Below are positions 1 to 11,254 of a stretch of DNA of 64,000 bases, in pieces. The stretch's first letter is position 1; every line of letters begins with the position of its first letter. Position numbers and translations under genes: made by a program. Under the pieces are notes generated by a model. The model did no database searches. It saw nothing but the letters and a program-made list of their open reading frames with translations, and was not told the DNA's origin. This DNA is from Mobula hypostoma (taxonomy: Eukaryota), in contig NC_086109.1 in NCBI RefSeq assembly GCF_963921235.1, positions 31,808,001-31,872,000 on the forward strand. Reading direction: 5' to 3'.

Positions 1-364
1 GCCAGCAATACACAGGCTTAGCTCCAGGTTGCTGTTCAAGTCAATGAAAGAATGCTTGAATTGCAGTAAATCTTCTGCATTGTCCACAGGTCTTGTGCCA
101 ACTATATGGATTAGTGATCAGTCAAAATGAAGCACACGTCATTCCCCATCAATATCAACCATCTTAAGCAATTAACCATAGCTTACGGCAACTTTCTCTC
201 TGTGTTCTTGAACTGAATTATGCATAACTTTTCGACCCACAGAATGGAACTTCATCTTATCCATTAAGCTGCAATGAGCAACTTCTTTACTGCCAGCCAT
301 TAATGAACAAGCTTTACCTGAGTCAAGCATCTTCTTCACTAGTTATGGTAAACATAAGCTTTCA

Positions 365-870
365 ATCACCAAAAGAACTTCCCAATGGCCAAGCAGTTTA
401 ATTCCAATTCCTATTTGCCTTCCAACGTGTCACCTTATATTCCATCTGGGTAGCCTCCAACCTGATGGCATGAATATCAATTTCTCCTTCCGCTAAAAAA
501 ATTCCCTCTCCCTCCCCTCTTCTATTCCCCACTCTGGCCTCTCACCTCTTCTCACCTGCCTATCAACTCCCCCCGGGTCCCCTCCTCCTTCCCTTTTCCT
601 GTGGTCTACTCTCCTCTCCTATCAGAATCCTTCTACTCCAGACCTTATCTTTCCAACCTACCTGGCTTCACCTGTCACCTTCTAGCTTCCCTCCTTCCCC
701 TCCCCACACCTTTTCATTATGGCGTCTTCCCCCTTCCCTTCCAGTCTTAAAGAAGGGTCGCGGTCCGAAACCTCAACTCGCGTAGATGCAATCTAACCTG
801 CTGAGTTCCTCCAGCATTCTGTGTGTGTTGCTTTAGATTTCCTGCCCCTGCAGACTTCCTCGTGTTTGTA
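365..870 (+). mobile_element. Degenerate Penelope-like element 3' end (GIY-YIG C-terminus plus pLTR)
   Basis: CACCTTATATTCCATCTGGGTAGCCTCCAACCTGATGGCATGAATATC (HLIFHLGSLQPDGMNI) matches the copy at ~17997-18060; followed by a pyrimidine-rich UTR and a decayed hammerhead-like core at ~743-780. Confidence 0.75.
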
Positions 871-1314
871 AATAATTTCCATATTTTTTCATTAGCTAGT
901 TCATACATTAAACAAGCCCACAGTACTGATGTCCACAGATGCACAGCTCACAGTATTCATTAACCTTTTCCTTTGATCTCTTGTTCCATGTACCAAACTT
1001 AATCACTCTCACAAAATCACTGAAAGCGTTGGATTGAAATTCTTCTGGGGTTTTCACCATGTTCACACAAATCTCCAGTAGTGTGTGATTCTTGTAGACA
1101 TGCAAGCGTATCCAGTCCTTTCACCAAAAAGCATTATAGTCTACCTCTTCTTACATGTTACGGAATTGCTCTGTACTGTGTTCTCCTATGGGGCCTAGAT
1201 AATACAATGCAATGCCTATTCATTACATTTAGAGTATTAAGTCTGTGTTCTATCCAAATCTCTCAAACTTCCTGACATCTGTCACCTGCCTCACATGGAT
1301 ATATATATATATGG

Positions 1315-2255
1315 TCTACGTGACTTTGACGAGGTCCCACATGGAAAGCTAGTCGGAAATGTTAGAGCCCATAGGGTCCAAGGCACAATGACAAGGTGAG
1401 ATCAAAATTGCTTCATAATAGGAGGCAGAGGCTAAAAGTAGGAGGTTAAAAATGGTGGTGTTGTTAATAGTGGGGAGCATAAAGGTAGGCTGCAGAATCA
1501 TATTGATCAATTGTTAAGTTGGGCATAACAATGGCAGATGGAATTATTCCTCATAAATATGAGAGGGTTAATAAGGGAAGGTCATACACAAGGAATGGTA
1601 GGGTCACGGGGAATGTTGAGGAGCAAAGCTAACTTGATGTTTAAATACAAGGATCCCTGAAGGTTGCTTCATATCGAGATTAACCTTCATTAGCCAGGGT
1701 AAAGCACGCAAGAGCAGGGATGTTTTGGAGCAACTCTATGAAACGTTAATTAAGCCATAGCCAAAGTACTATATGCAGTCCAGGTCACTGCACCCTGATT
1801 GCAATGGGGAGGATGGAGGGGAGATAGAATGTTATAGCTATGAGGAAAGACTTGATACACTTGGATTGTTTTCCTTTGAGCAGAGGAGGCTCAGACGTTA
1901 CCTGATATAGGTATTCTACACAATTATGTGTGGGGCACAGATAGGATAGGGAGTAAGAAACTTTTCTCATAGTATTTATATCTACAACAAAAAGAATACA
2001 GAATTAGGTTAAGAAATAAGAGGTTGAGAGAGGAATTGAGGAAGGACTATTTCACCTAGGAGATGCTTCGAATCTGGAATGCTCTGCCTGAGTAGGCAGT
2101 AGGAGCGAAGACTCTTGGAACATTTAAGTTGAGCACCTGGATTCCAAGGGCACTGAAGGATATAGACCAGGTACTGGCAAATGACTTGTACAGACGGTCA
2201 GCAGCGGTGTGATGGGCTGGTGTTCATTTCTGTTCTGTATGTGACACTGTGACTC
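1315..2255 (+). mobile_element. Decayed CR1 LINE ORF2 3' fragment
   Basis: Remnants of DF..FD.VPH, W...WQM.. and QFWSP motifs with frameshifts; CR1-type 3' UTR. Confidence 0.7.
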
Positions 2256-3344
2256 AATGATTATTACTGCTCTACTTAGAGAATCCTTTTCTCTTCATTC
2301 TTCACACCACAACTGTATCTATTCCATTATTCTACGAAACAGCAGTACCTAATGTAAAGGCTCTTTACTGGTTCTGCTGGTAAAGACAAATAAGAGAGGT
2401 AGAACTAGCAAATGAACAAAAAGGATCAGAAAATTAAATAGGAACATTAGTATTCAGTTTGGGAATCTTACAATTCTCACTACATTCATCAGAGGATTGC
2501 AATTTCTTTCTCTTCATATAGTTGTCATGGTCCGGTCCGTGAATTCCGTATTCCGGTTCACAGTCTGGTCCATCGAGCCTTGCTCTAGGTTTTTCTGTCT
2601 ACCCTGTTTCTGTTCTTCTTGAGCTTTAACTGAGGCAGTTGATGTTCATTGGGGCTGGCTGCATAAATACCTTCAGAGACCAGGGCGTGGTTGCTGGATT
2701 GTTCTTGTCCTTACTCCTTGTATCCCTGCCTCTGCCTTCTGTTTCCTTGCTTGAAGCCTTGCCTTGTCTTGCCAGTAACTCTCGCCTCGCATGAAGTTCT
2801 CATCTCGCCTTGCTTTGCCAGAAGCCTTGCCTTGTCTTGCCAGTAACTCTCGCCTCGCTTGATGTTCTCATCTCACCTTGCTTTGCCTGAAACCTTGCCT
2901 TGTCTTGCTGGTAACTCTCGCTTCGTCTCGCCTGCAGTCTTGTCCTGGAGCCACCCTGTACCTAGCTCCCTTCCTGTCCCTTGCCTCCGCCCAGGTAAGC
3001 CAGACCGTCTTGCCGTTACATGTGGCTGGTTCTGTCCCTTCCTGTCCCTTGCCTCCATCGGGTAAGCCAGGCTGTCTTGTCGTTACCTATGGTTGGTTCT
3101 GTCCCCTCCTGTCCCTTGCCTCTGTCAGGTAAGCCAGGCCATATTGCCGTTACCTACAGTTGGTTCTGTCCCTTCCTAACCCTTGCCTCCATCAAGTAAG
3201 CCAGGTGTCTTGCTGTTACCTGCAGCTGGTTCTGTCCCTCACCTCAGACAGGTGGTGATACGCACCCTGCCCAGGAGGATCCTCCAGCCTCCAGCCTCCA
3301 GCCAAGCCTCTATCCTCCGGCTTCCAGCCAAGCCTGTAGCCTAT

Positions 3345-3690
3345 TGCCTCCTGCCAAGCCCCGCCTCTGGTCTCTAGCCTCAAACCTGAAGACTCCAGAC
3401 TCCTGCCAAGCCTCAAACCTGAAGACTCCAGCCTCCTGCCTAGCCTCAAGCCTGAAGACTCCAGCCTCCTGCCAAGCCTCAAACCTGAAGACTCCAGCCT
3501 CCTGCCTAGCCTCAAGCCTGAAGACTCCAGCCTCCTGGCAAGCCTCAAGGCTGAAGACTCCAGCGTCCTGCCAAGCCTCGCCTCAAGTCTCTAACCTCTA
3601 GCCTCAAGCCTGAAGACTCCAGCCTCCTGCCTCCTGCCAAGCCTCGCCTCTAGTCTCTAGCCTCAAGCCTAAAGACTCCAGCCTCATCCT
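3345..3690. repeat. Minisatellite inside LTR1 (core GCCTCAAGCCTGAAGACTCCAGCCTCCT, variable units)
   Basis: Directly visible tandem units; source of the spurious repetitive ORFs (RRLESSGLRL). Confidence 0.9.
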
Positions 3691-4664
3691 GCCTGCCAGC
3701 CAAGCCTTGTCCTTGCCTAGTTCTGGGGTCCAAGCCAGAGGCAAGACCCAGGTACTGGGTCCTTGTCCAGTCTCTGGCTCGGAGCCCAAGCTCGGGCTCC
3801 TAGCTCTCTTGTCCAGTCCTGGTCCCGGTTCCAGATTTCGTGTCCATGGCGTTGCTCTCACCCTGTATCTTAGTCCTGTCCCTAGTACTTCAGCGTCTGT
3901 GTTTTGTACTTTGGTCCATTCCCAACCACCTCTTTATGACAGAACGATCCAGCCAACCATGGACCCAGTGACACAGACACTGTCGTTTTCCTCTTGCCAC
4001 CCGGGGTTCCTTTCTGTTAAATACCCTCCCACCCACCCGGGTCGTCCATAGTCTGGATACCCTGTTTGGTGGGGTACTGTCATGGTCCGGTCCGTGAATT
4101 CCGTATTCCGGTTCACGGTCTGGTCCATCGACCTTTGCTCCAGGTTTTCCTGTCTACCCTGTTTCTGTTCTTGTTAAGCTCTAATTGAGGCGGCTGAAGC
4201 TCGTTAGGGCTGGCTGCAAAAATATCTTCAGAGACCAGGGCGTGGCTGCTGGATTGTTCTTGTCCTCACTCCTTGCATCCCTTCCTCTGCCTTCTGTTTC
4301 CTTGTCTGAAGGCCTGCCTTGTCTTGCTGGTAACTCTCGCCTCACCTGAAGTTCTCGTCTCGCCTAGCTTTGCCAGAAGCCTTGCCTTGTCTTGCCGGTA
4401 ACTCTCGACTCTTCTGAATTTCTCGTCTCGCCTTGCTTTGCCTGAAGCCTTTCCTTGTCTTGTTGGTAACTCTGCGTCGTCTTGCCTGCAGTCATGTCCT
4501 GGAGCCACCCTGTAGCTAGCTCCCTTCCTGTCCCTTGCTTCCGCCCAGGTAAGCCAGGCCATCTTGCCATTACCTGCGGTTAGTTCTGTCCCTTCCTGTC
4601 CCTTGCCTCTCTCGGGTGGTGATCGGCGCCCTTACAAGGAGTACCGCGCCCTGCCCAGGAGAAG

Positions 4665-6825
4665 CCTCTAGCCTCTGGCGTCCAGCCAAGCCTCTAGCCT
4701 CCTACCTCCTGCTAAGCCTCACCTCTGGTCTCTAGCCTCAAACCTGAAGACTCCAGCCTCCTGCCTCCTGCCAAGCCTCACCTCAAGTCTCTAGCCTCTA
4801 GCCTCAAGCCTGAAGACTCCGGCCTCCTGCATCCTGCCAAGCTTTGCCTCGTCTCTAGCTTCTAGTCTCAAGCCTGAAGACTTCATCCTCCTGCCTCCTG
4901 CCAAGTCTCGCCTCAAATCTCTAGCTTCTAGCCTCAAGCCTGAAGACTCCATCCTCCTGCCTCCTGCCAAGCCTCGCCTCAAGTCTCTAATCTCTAGCCT
5001 CAAGCCTGAAGTCTCCAGCCTCCTGCCTCCTGCCAAGCCTTGCCTCAAGCCTGAAGACTCCAGCCTCCTGCCTCCTGCCAAGCCTCGCCACAAGTCTCTA
5101 GTCTCTAGCCTCAAGCCTGAAGACTCCAGAACCCTGCCTCCTGCCAAGCTTCGCCTCATCTCTAGCCTCTAGCCTCAAGCCTGAAGACTCCAGTCTCCTG
5201 CCTCCTGCCAAGCCTTGCCTCTAGTCTCTAGCCTCAAGCCTGAAGACTCTAGCCTCCTGCCTCCTGCCAAGCCTCGCCTCAAATCTCTAGCCTCACGCCT
5301 GAAGACTCCAGCCTCCTGCCAAGCCTTGCCTCAAGTCTCTAGCCTCTAGCCTCAAGCCTGAAGACTCCAGTCTCCTGCCTCCTGCCAAGCCTCACCTCAA
5401 CTCTCTAGCCTCTAGCCTCAAGCCTGGACTCCAGCCTCCTGCCTCCTGCCAAGCACCTCGTGTCTAGCCTCAAGCCCAAAGACTCCAGCCTCCTGCCAAG
5501 CCTTGCCTCAAGTCTCTAGCCTCTAGCCTCAAGCCTGAAGACTCCAGCCTCCTGCCTCCTGCCAAGCCTCGCCTCAAGCCTGAAGACTCCAGTCTCCTGC
5601 CTCCTGCCAAGCCTCACCTCAACTCTCTAGCCTCTAGCCTCAAGCCTGGACTCCAGCCTCCTGCCTCCTGCCAAGCCTCGCCTCAAGCCTGAAGACTCCA
5701 GTCTCCTGCCTCCTGCCAAGCCTCGCCTCAACTCTCTAGCCTCTAGCCTCAAGCCTGGACTCCAGCCTCCTGCCAAGCCTCACCTCAAGTCTAGCCTGTA
5801 GCCTCAAGCCCAAAGACTCCAGCCTCCTTCCTCCTGCCAATCCTCGCCTCAAGTCTCTAGCCTTTAACTAAAGCCTGAAGACTCCAGCCTCCTGCCTCCT
5901 GCCAAGCCTCGCCTCAAGTCTCTAGCCTCTAGTCTCAAGCCTGAAGACTCCAGCCTCCTGCCTCCTGCCAAGCCTCGCCTCTAGTCTCTAGCCTCAAGCC
6001 TGAAGACTCCAGCCCCCTGCCTAGCCTCAAGCCTGAAGACTCCAGCCTTCTGCCTTCTGCCAAGCCTCACCTCTAGTCGCTACCCTCAAGCTTGAAGACT
6101 CCGGCCCCTTGCATAGCCTCAAGCCTGAAGACTCCAGCCTCCTGCCTCCTGCCAAGCCTCGCCTCAAGTCGCTAGCCTCAAGCCCAAAGACTCCAGCCTC
6201 CTGCCTCCTGCCAAGCCTCACCTCAAGTCTCTAGCCTTTAACTAAAGCCTGAAGACTCCAGAATCCTGCCTCCTGCCAAGCCTTGCCTCAAGTCTCTAGC
6301 TTCTAGCCTCAAGCCTGAAGACTCCAGCCTCCTTCCTCCTGCCAAGCCTCGCCTCAAATCTCTAGTCTCTAGCCTTAAGTCTGAAGACTCCAGCCTCCTG
6401 CCTCCTGCCAAGCTTCACCTCATCTCTAGCCTCTAGCCTCAAGCCTGAAGACTCCAGCCTGCTGCCAAGCTTTGCCTCAAGTCTGTAGTCTCTAGTCTTA
6501 AGCCTGAAGACTCCAGCCTCCTGCCTCCTGCCAAGCCTCGCCTCAAGTCTCTAGCCTCAAGCCCGAAGACTCCAGCCTCCTGCCTCCTGCCAAGTCTTGC
6601 CTCTAGTCTCTAGCCTCAAACCTGAAGACTCCAGCCTCCTGCCTAACCTCAAGCCTAAAGAATCCTTCCTCCTGCCTAGCCTCAAGCCTGAAGACTCCAG
6701 CCTCCTGCCAAGCCTCGCCTCAAGTCTCTAGCCTCTAGCCTCAAGCTTGAAGACTCCAGCCTCCTGCCTCCTGCCAAGCCTCGCCTCTAGTCTCTAGCCT
6801 CAAGCCTGAAGTCTCCAGCTTCGTC
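4665..6825. repeat. Expanded ~2.1-kb minisatellite inside LTR2 (same core, ~27-60-bp variant units)
   Basis: Dozens of GCCTCAAGCCTGAAGACTCCAGCCTCCTGCCTCCTGCCAAGCCTC units with TCTAGCC submodules. Confidence 0.92.
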
Positions 6826-7492
6826 CTGTCTGCCAGCCAAGCCTTGTTCTTGCCTACTTCTGGGGTCCGAGCCAGAGGAAAGACCCAGGTACTGGATACT
6901 TGGTTCAGTCTCTGGCTCGGAGTCCAAGCCCGGGCTCCTAGCTCTCTTGTCCAGTCCTGTTCTGGGTTCCCGGTTTACATGTCCATGTACTTGCCCTCAC
7001 CCTGTTTCATAGTCCTGTCCCTAGCGCTTCAGTGTCTGTGTCTTGCACTTGGGTCCGTTCCCAGCCACCTCCTTATGACAATAATACACTCTCGTGAATT
7101 CTGGTCCAACTAATTATTTAAGACAGAGACCTGAGTCACATCATGAACCTAAAGTCAGAGGGGAAGCTTACCTTGTTTATGTTGTTTTGTCTCTATGGCA
7201 AGGTGACAGTCAGAGTTGTCTACAGAGTATTTCCATTGTGAAGTAATTAACAAGATTCAAGGTTGTGAAGGAATAGAATGTTCAGAACATAGATGATTAC
7301 TTTATTACAATGAAATATGTATAATTTATAACTGTCTACCCTATATATTTTTTCAAGTTTATTAGTTAGTTCTTGATGGAAACCCTACCCTACTCATGAT
7401 GGATAGCAGTAGAACCTTTTCATTTCACCCAGTCCTGACTCAGTCCTCCCCAGTGTTCTATTTCTACTTAATTCCAACATTGGACATTTACA

Positions 7493-7680
7493 AACACAAC
7501 ATGAGGAAATCTGCAGATGCTGGAATTTCAAGCAGCACACATAAAAGTTGCTGGTGAACGCAGCAGGCCAGGCAGCATCTCTAGGAAGAGGTACAGTCGA
7601 CGTTTCGGGCCGAGACCCTTCATCCTGACTAGAGATGCTGCCTGGCCTGCTGCGTTCACCAGCAACTTTTATGTGTGTTG
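7493..7680. mobile_element. Short fold-back Penelope-like insertion with 14-bp TSD
   Basis: Perfect TSD ATTGGACATTTACA at 7479-7492 and 7681-7694; 49-bp inverted arms 7536-7584 and 7629-7677. Confidence 0.85.
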
Positions 7681-8635
7681 ATTGGACATTTACAGTAGAT
7701 CTTTTTTCTTCTTTTTCGGCCTTATCTTCAATTCAGGTCTGCACTAATATCTGCGTTCTGGTGCAATTCAGTGTCATAATATGGGGCACATATAGTTAAT
7801 TAACACAGGGTGATATCTATGAAGTTATTCAACCAGTTGCTGCCAAGTACGATAATGTGAGATGTCTATTTTGCAGAGATGAGTACCCTACCCTTTTCCA
7901 ATATGTCTAAGTTAATAGCTTTTTTTGATAGAATAAGTCAAACATTATGATTGCAGTAAGATTTCACTTCTCTAAATAGTTTTGATTTTTACTTTGGATG
8001 GGTGAATGCACCAAAAGATAATGGCAACCCAACTACCAAGTAAGTAAATAAAACTACATTATGGAACTGAATACATATGAATGTACAAGAGTACCAGAAT
8101 TGTTTCAAGTCTAGAATACAGTCTCAAATTTTGATGACAGTTGTAAACAAATTGGACTTTAATCCTGTAGTTTATGATGTTGTCTGTGCCTTTGATTATA
8201 TTGTCAGTCGTCACTTCTGAACATACCCTGTACTTTAAAGTTGGATCACTTAGGTATACTTTGTATGTGTGGTGCAACTTGAAGAACTGAGTGTTCTGTA
8301 ATGTTATAACTTTAAGAGATATTATTTTACTAGGTACAACTATAAAGTGAAAGTTCCTGCTGTCAAGTTGGCTGCATTAGGATGCATGCGCAGTACCAAA
8401 TTCTCGAAACAAGCACTTTATTCAGCCATGATCTTATTAAATGGCCATGCAGGCTCAATGGGCCAGATGGCCTACTTCTGCTCCTATTTTTTATTTCAAG
8501 TTCTCTGGCTGGAAGAGATTACCAGATAGATGAAAAGATTCAAGGGTGTCATTAAATGCTGCCTGGAAAAATGAAATATTCCCACTGACTGCTAGTAATT
8601 TCTGGCCTATTACCATTCAAAGTAGAGAATAAAGG

Positions 8636-10558
8636 TAATTGCCTGAACATGATTTTGAGTATTTTACCAAATAGTATTTTGCAGTTTGCAGCCATTTAAC
8701 ATGTCCATTGTATTTTTGAACATAGATACAGATTTTGATATGTTAACTCTGATAACTGCAGTGCCTGCAGACATTTTAATATTACCAATCAAGAAGGCAA
8801 ATCATAGAGGTAGGCCTATCACTGGAAAATCTGTTACTGAAGGCAGTCTTCTTCATCTTCATCTTCTTCTTTGTCTTCATAGGATGGCAGGCTTATCCTT
8901 GAGGCCAGGTATCAGGAGCACAAGGAATCTCGAGCGAACCAATAGGACAGCGGTCCCCAACCACCGGGCCACAAAACAAGTGCTACCGGGCCGTGAGGAA
9001 ACAATATGATTTGGCGATGTGAGTCAGCTGCACCTTTCCTCATTCCCTGTCACACTCACTGTTGAGCTTGAAGGGACGCGAGATCATTACCCGCGCGTCA
9101 TCCATGTCAGGGCGGGAAGGAGATCAACTCCTCGAGCTTGCAAATGACAGCGGGCTGAAAAGTATGTTTGACATAACATCTCTGCCGGCATTCTGGATCA
9201 AATTCACGGCTAAGTATCCTGAGATAGCCACGAAAGCACTGAAAACATTGCTTCCATTTCCAACATTTCTCTGCAATGAATGCAACGAAAACTAAATTGC
9301 GGAATAGACTGGACATAAGGAACCCCCTTCGAGTATCGCTGTCTCCCATCACCCCTCGATGGCACCGTCTTGTTGCAGGGAACAAGTATTCAGCCCAGGG
9401 CTCCCACTGATTCACGATATTGGTGTGTTGCAATGATTTTATATGTTCATACGGGGAAAATATGTGCTGTGTGTTTAATATCCAAACGTTACTTAAAATG
9501 TTATGATACTATTGACTTATAAGTGACTTATATAACCATATAACCATATAACAATTACAGCACGGAAACAGGCCATCTCTGCCCTTCTAGTCCGTGCCGA
9601 ACGCTACTCTCACCTAGTCCCACCGACCTGCACTCAGCCCATAACCCTCCATTCCTTTCCTGTCCACATACCTATCCAATTTTTCTTTAAATGATAATAT
9701 TGAACCTGCCTCTACCACTTCTACTGGAAGTTCGTTCAACACTTACTTCAAGCTCCCCTGTCCTCCCCTGATAATTGACTTATCACTATATTTATGCGAG
9801 GAAAATATGCGCTGTGTGTTTAATATAAAATTTGTTCGATAAACCTTTTAGAAATGAAATTGAGTGTATTAGCCATTTATCACCTATATTCTGGTCGTGA
9901 TTAATACCACCCTCCCCCAAACAGAATCGCAAAAACGATTTGTAGGGAAAAAAATCAGCATATACACGCATGCGATCTGGTGCCCACGCAAGGCTTCATG
10001 GTCATTGTAGTCTTTCTTGGGTTAAACACAACGTATTTGACTGCTACTTTTGTCCATTAGCAACCCTACCCCTTAACCCCGGAGTCGGCCGATCCGCAAG
10101 AGTATTGTCAATAATAAACCGGTCCACATTGCAAAAAAGGTTGGGGACTCCTGCAATAGGAGGAACCTGGCACCTCTCAAACAAAATATTCCTGCCTTAC
10201 CAGGCACTTCCTGACCCTTGTGTGCTATTCCTTCATTGGCTTTATAATTATAATAATGAGAAGGAGAAGGAGAAAGAGAAAGAAGAGAAGGAGGAGGAGA
10301 AGACGGAGAAGAAGAAGAGGAAGAAGACGAAGATGAAGAAGAAGAGAACTGCCTTCAGTAACAGGTTTTCCAGTGATAGGCCCACCTCTATGATCTGCCT
10401 TCTTGATTGGTAACATTAAAATGTCTGCAGGCACTGCAGTAATCAGAGTTAACAGACAAAATCTGTATCTCTGTTCAAACATAAAATGGACATGTTAAAT
10501 GGCTGCAAACTGTAAAATACTATTTGGTAAAATACTCAAAATCATGTTCAGGCAATTA
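8636..10558. repeat. Long inverted repeat (arms ~8636-8875 and ~10320-10558) ending internally in CTT/AAG simple repeats
   Basis: Manual alignment gives ~212 bp of unique arm with ~12 differences; the mirror ORFs 8686+ and 10225- encode similar text (LTLITAVPADIL). Confidence 0.88.
8948..10153 (+). mobile_element. Non-autonomous hAT-Charlie transposon with transposase dimerization-domain remnant; nested CR1 tail at ~9530-9740 (minus)
   Basis: TIRs CAGCGGTCCCCAACC / GGTTGGGGACTCCTG; perfect 8-bp TSD CAATAGGA (8940-8947, 10154-10161); peptide SLPAFWIK..YPEIATKALKTLLPFPT. Confidence 0.92.
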
Positions 10559-11254
10559 GATGATCTAATAGCATATTTGTGGTCTTAAAGGGGATAACTT
10601 CAAGCTGGCTGTATATCAGAGAAGCAGGCTGACAGTATCCAATCATATAAAAATAATATATCTTGTAAAGTAACATAAAACAGCTCAGTGTTAGTCACCA
10701 ATTGCTGCTCAATTAAAATTGCAGTGAAGAACGAAAGTGAGAAGTGTAGATTTGAACATCATGAAATAAATGGATAAAACAAATAAAAAAAGGAAAGTAA
10801 GATAACATGAATAAGACCGAGGCAGGAGAAAGTTACTATAGGCAGTAACATTCATTTACATCAGTGGTTACTGTGATAAGTCTCCAACAGTTTTACACCA
10901 GCCTCAATCAATTCTGTCAGTGCTCAAATACAGATTGTATCACCTGGAGCATGAGATCAGGATGAATAATGCCTATTTGTGAAACAGTTGATTTTATTTA
11001 GCACACAAAAATGCAGCACGATGTTTCCTTTGTTTCTTCCTTCTATACTTCGCTTTTTACAACATATGCAGTAACATTTTGTGTACAAAAGATTGCATGC
11101 GGGAAAGTGCTGACAGTGATTTGAAAAGGATATTTTTTTGTGTGATGCTGTAATGCGATCAGTAAACTAAAATGTGATTATTTATAATTTGCTTTTAATA
11201 AAAATGAAGATAAAAAGCAATGCTTTGTATAACCTACCCTTCAATATGGATTTA

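Larger units (their letters stand above)
2523..7080 (+). mobile_element. Non-autonomous Gypsy (Tf1/sushi-type) LTR element: LTR1 2523-3941, 136-bp internal 3942-4077, LTR2 4078-7080
   Basis: Both LTRs begin TGTCATGGTCCGGTCCGTGAATTCC and end TTATGACA. Flanks ATAGT/ATAAT form a 4/5 TSD. PPT-like GGTGGGGTAC precedes LTR2. Internal part has a gag-start-like ATGGACCCA and an integrase-tail-like HPGRP. Confidence 0.85.

Noticed and set aside
3216..6221. Repetitive ORFs (RRLESSGLRL...) and a CRISPR-like look of the array
   Set aside because: Translations of an LTR minisatellite; there are no unique spacers or cas genes, and the context is eukaryotic.
7595..7631. Active hammerhead on the minus strand
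   Set aside because: The CUGANGA core is disrupted (AGGAUGA) at the inversion junction.
9970..10482. Lys/Glu-rich and Leu-rich ORFs
   Set aside because: Translations of the AAG microsatellite and the hAT end.
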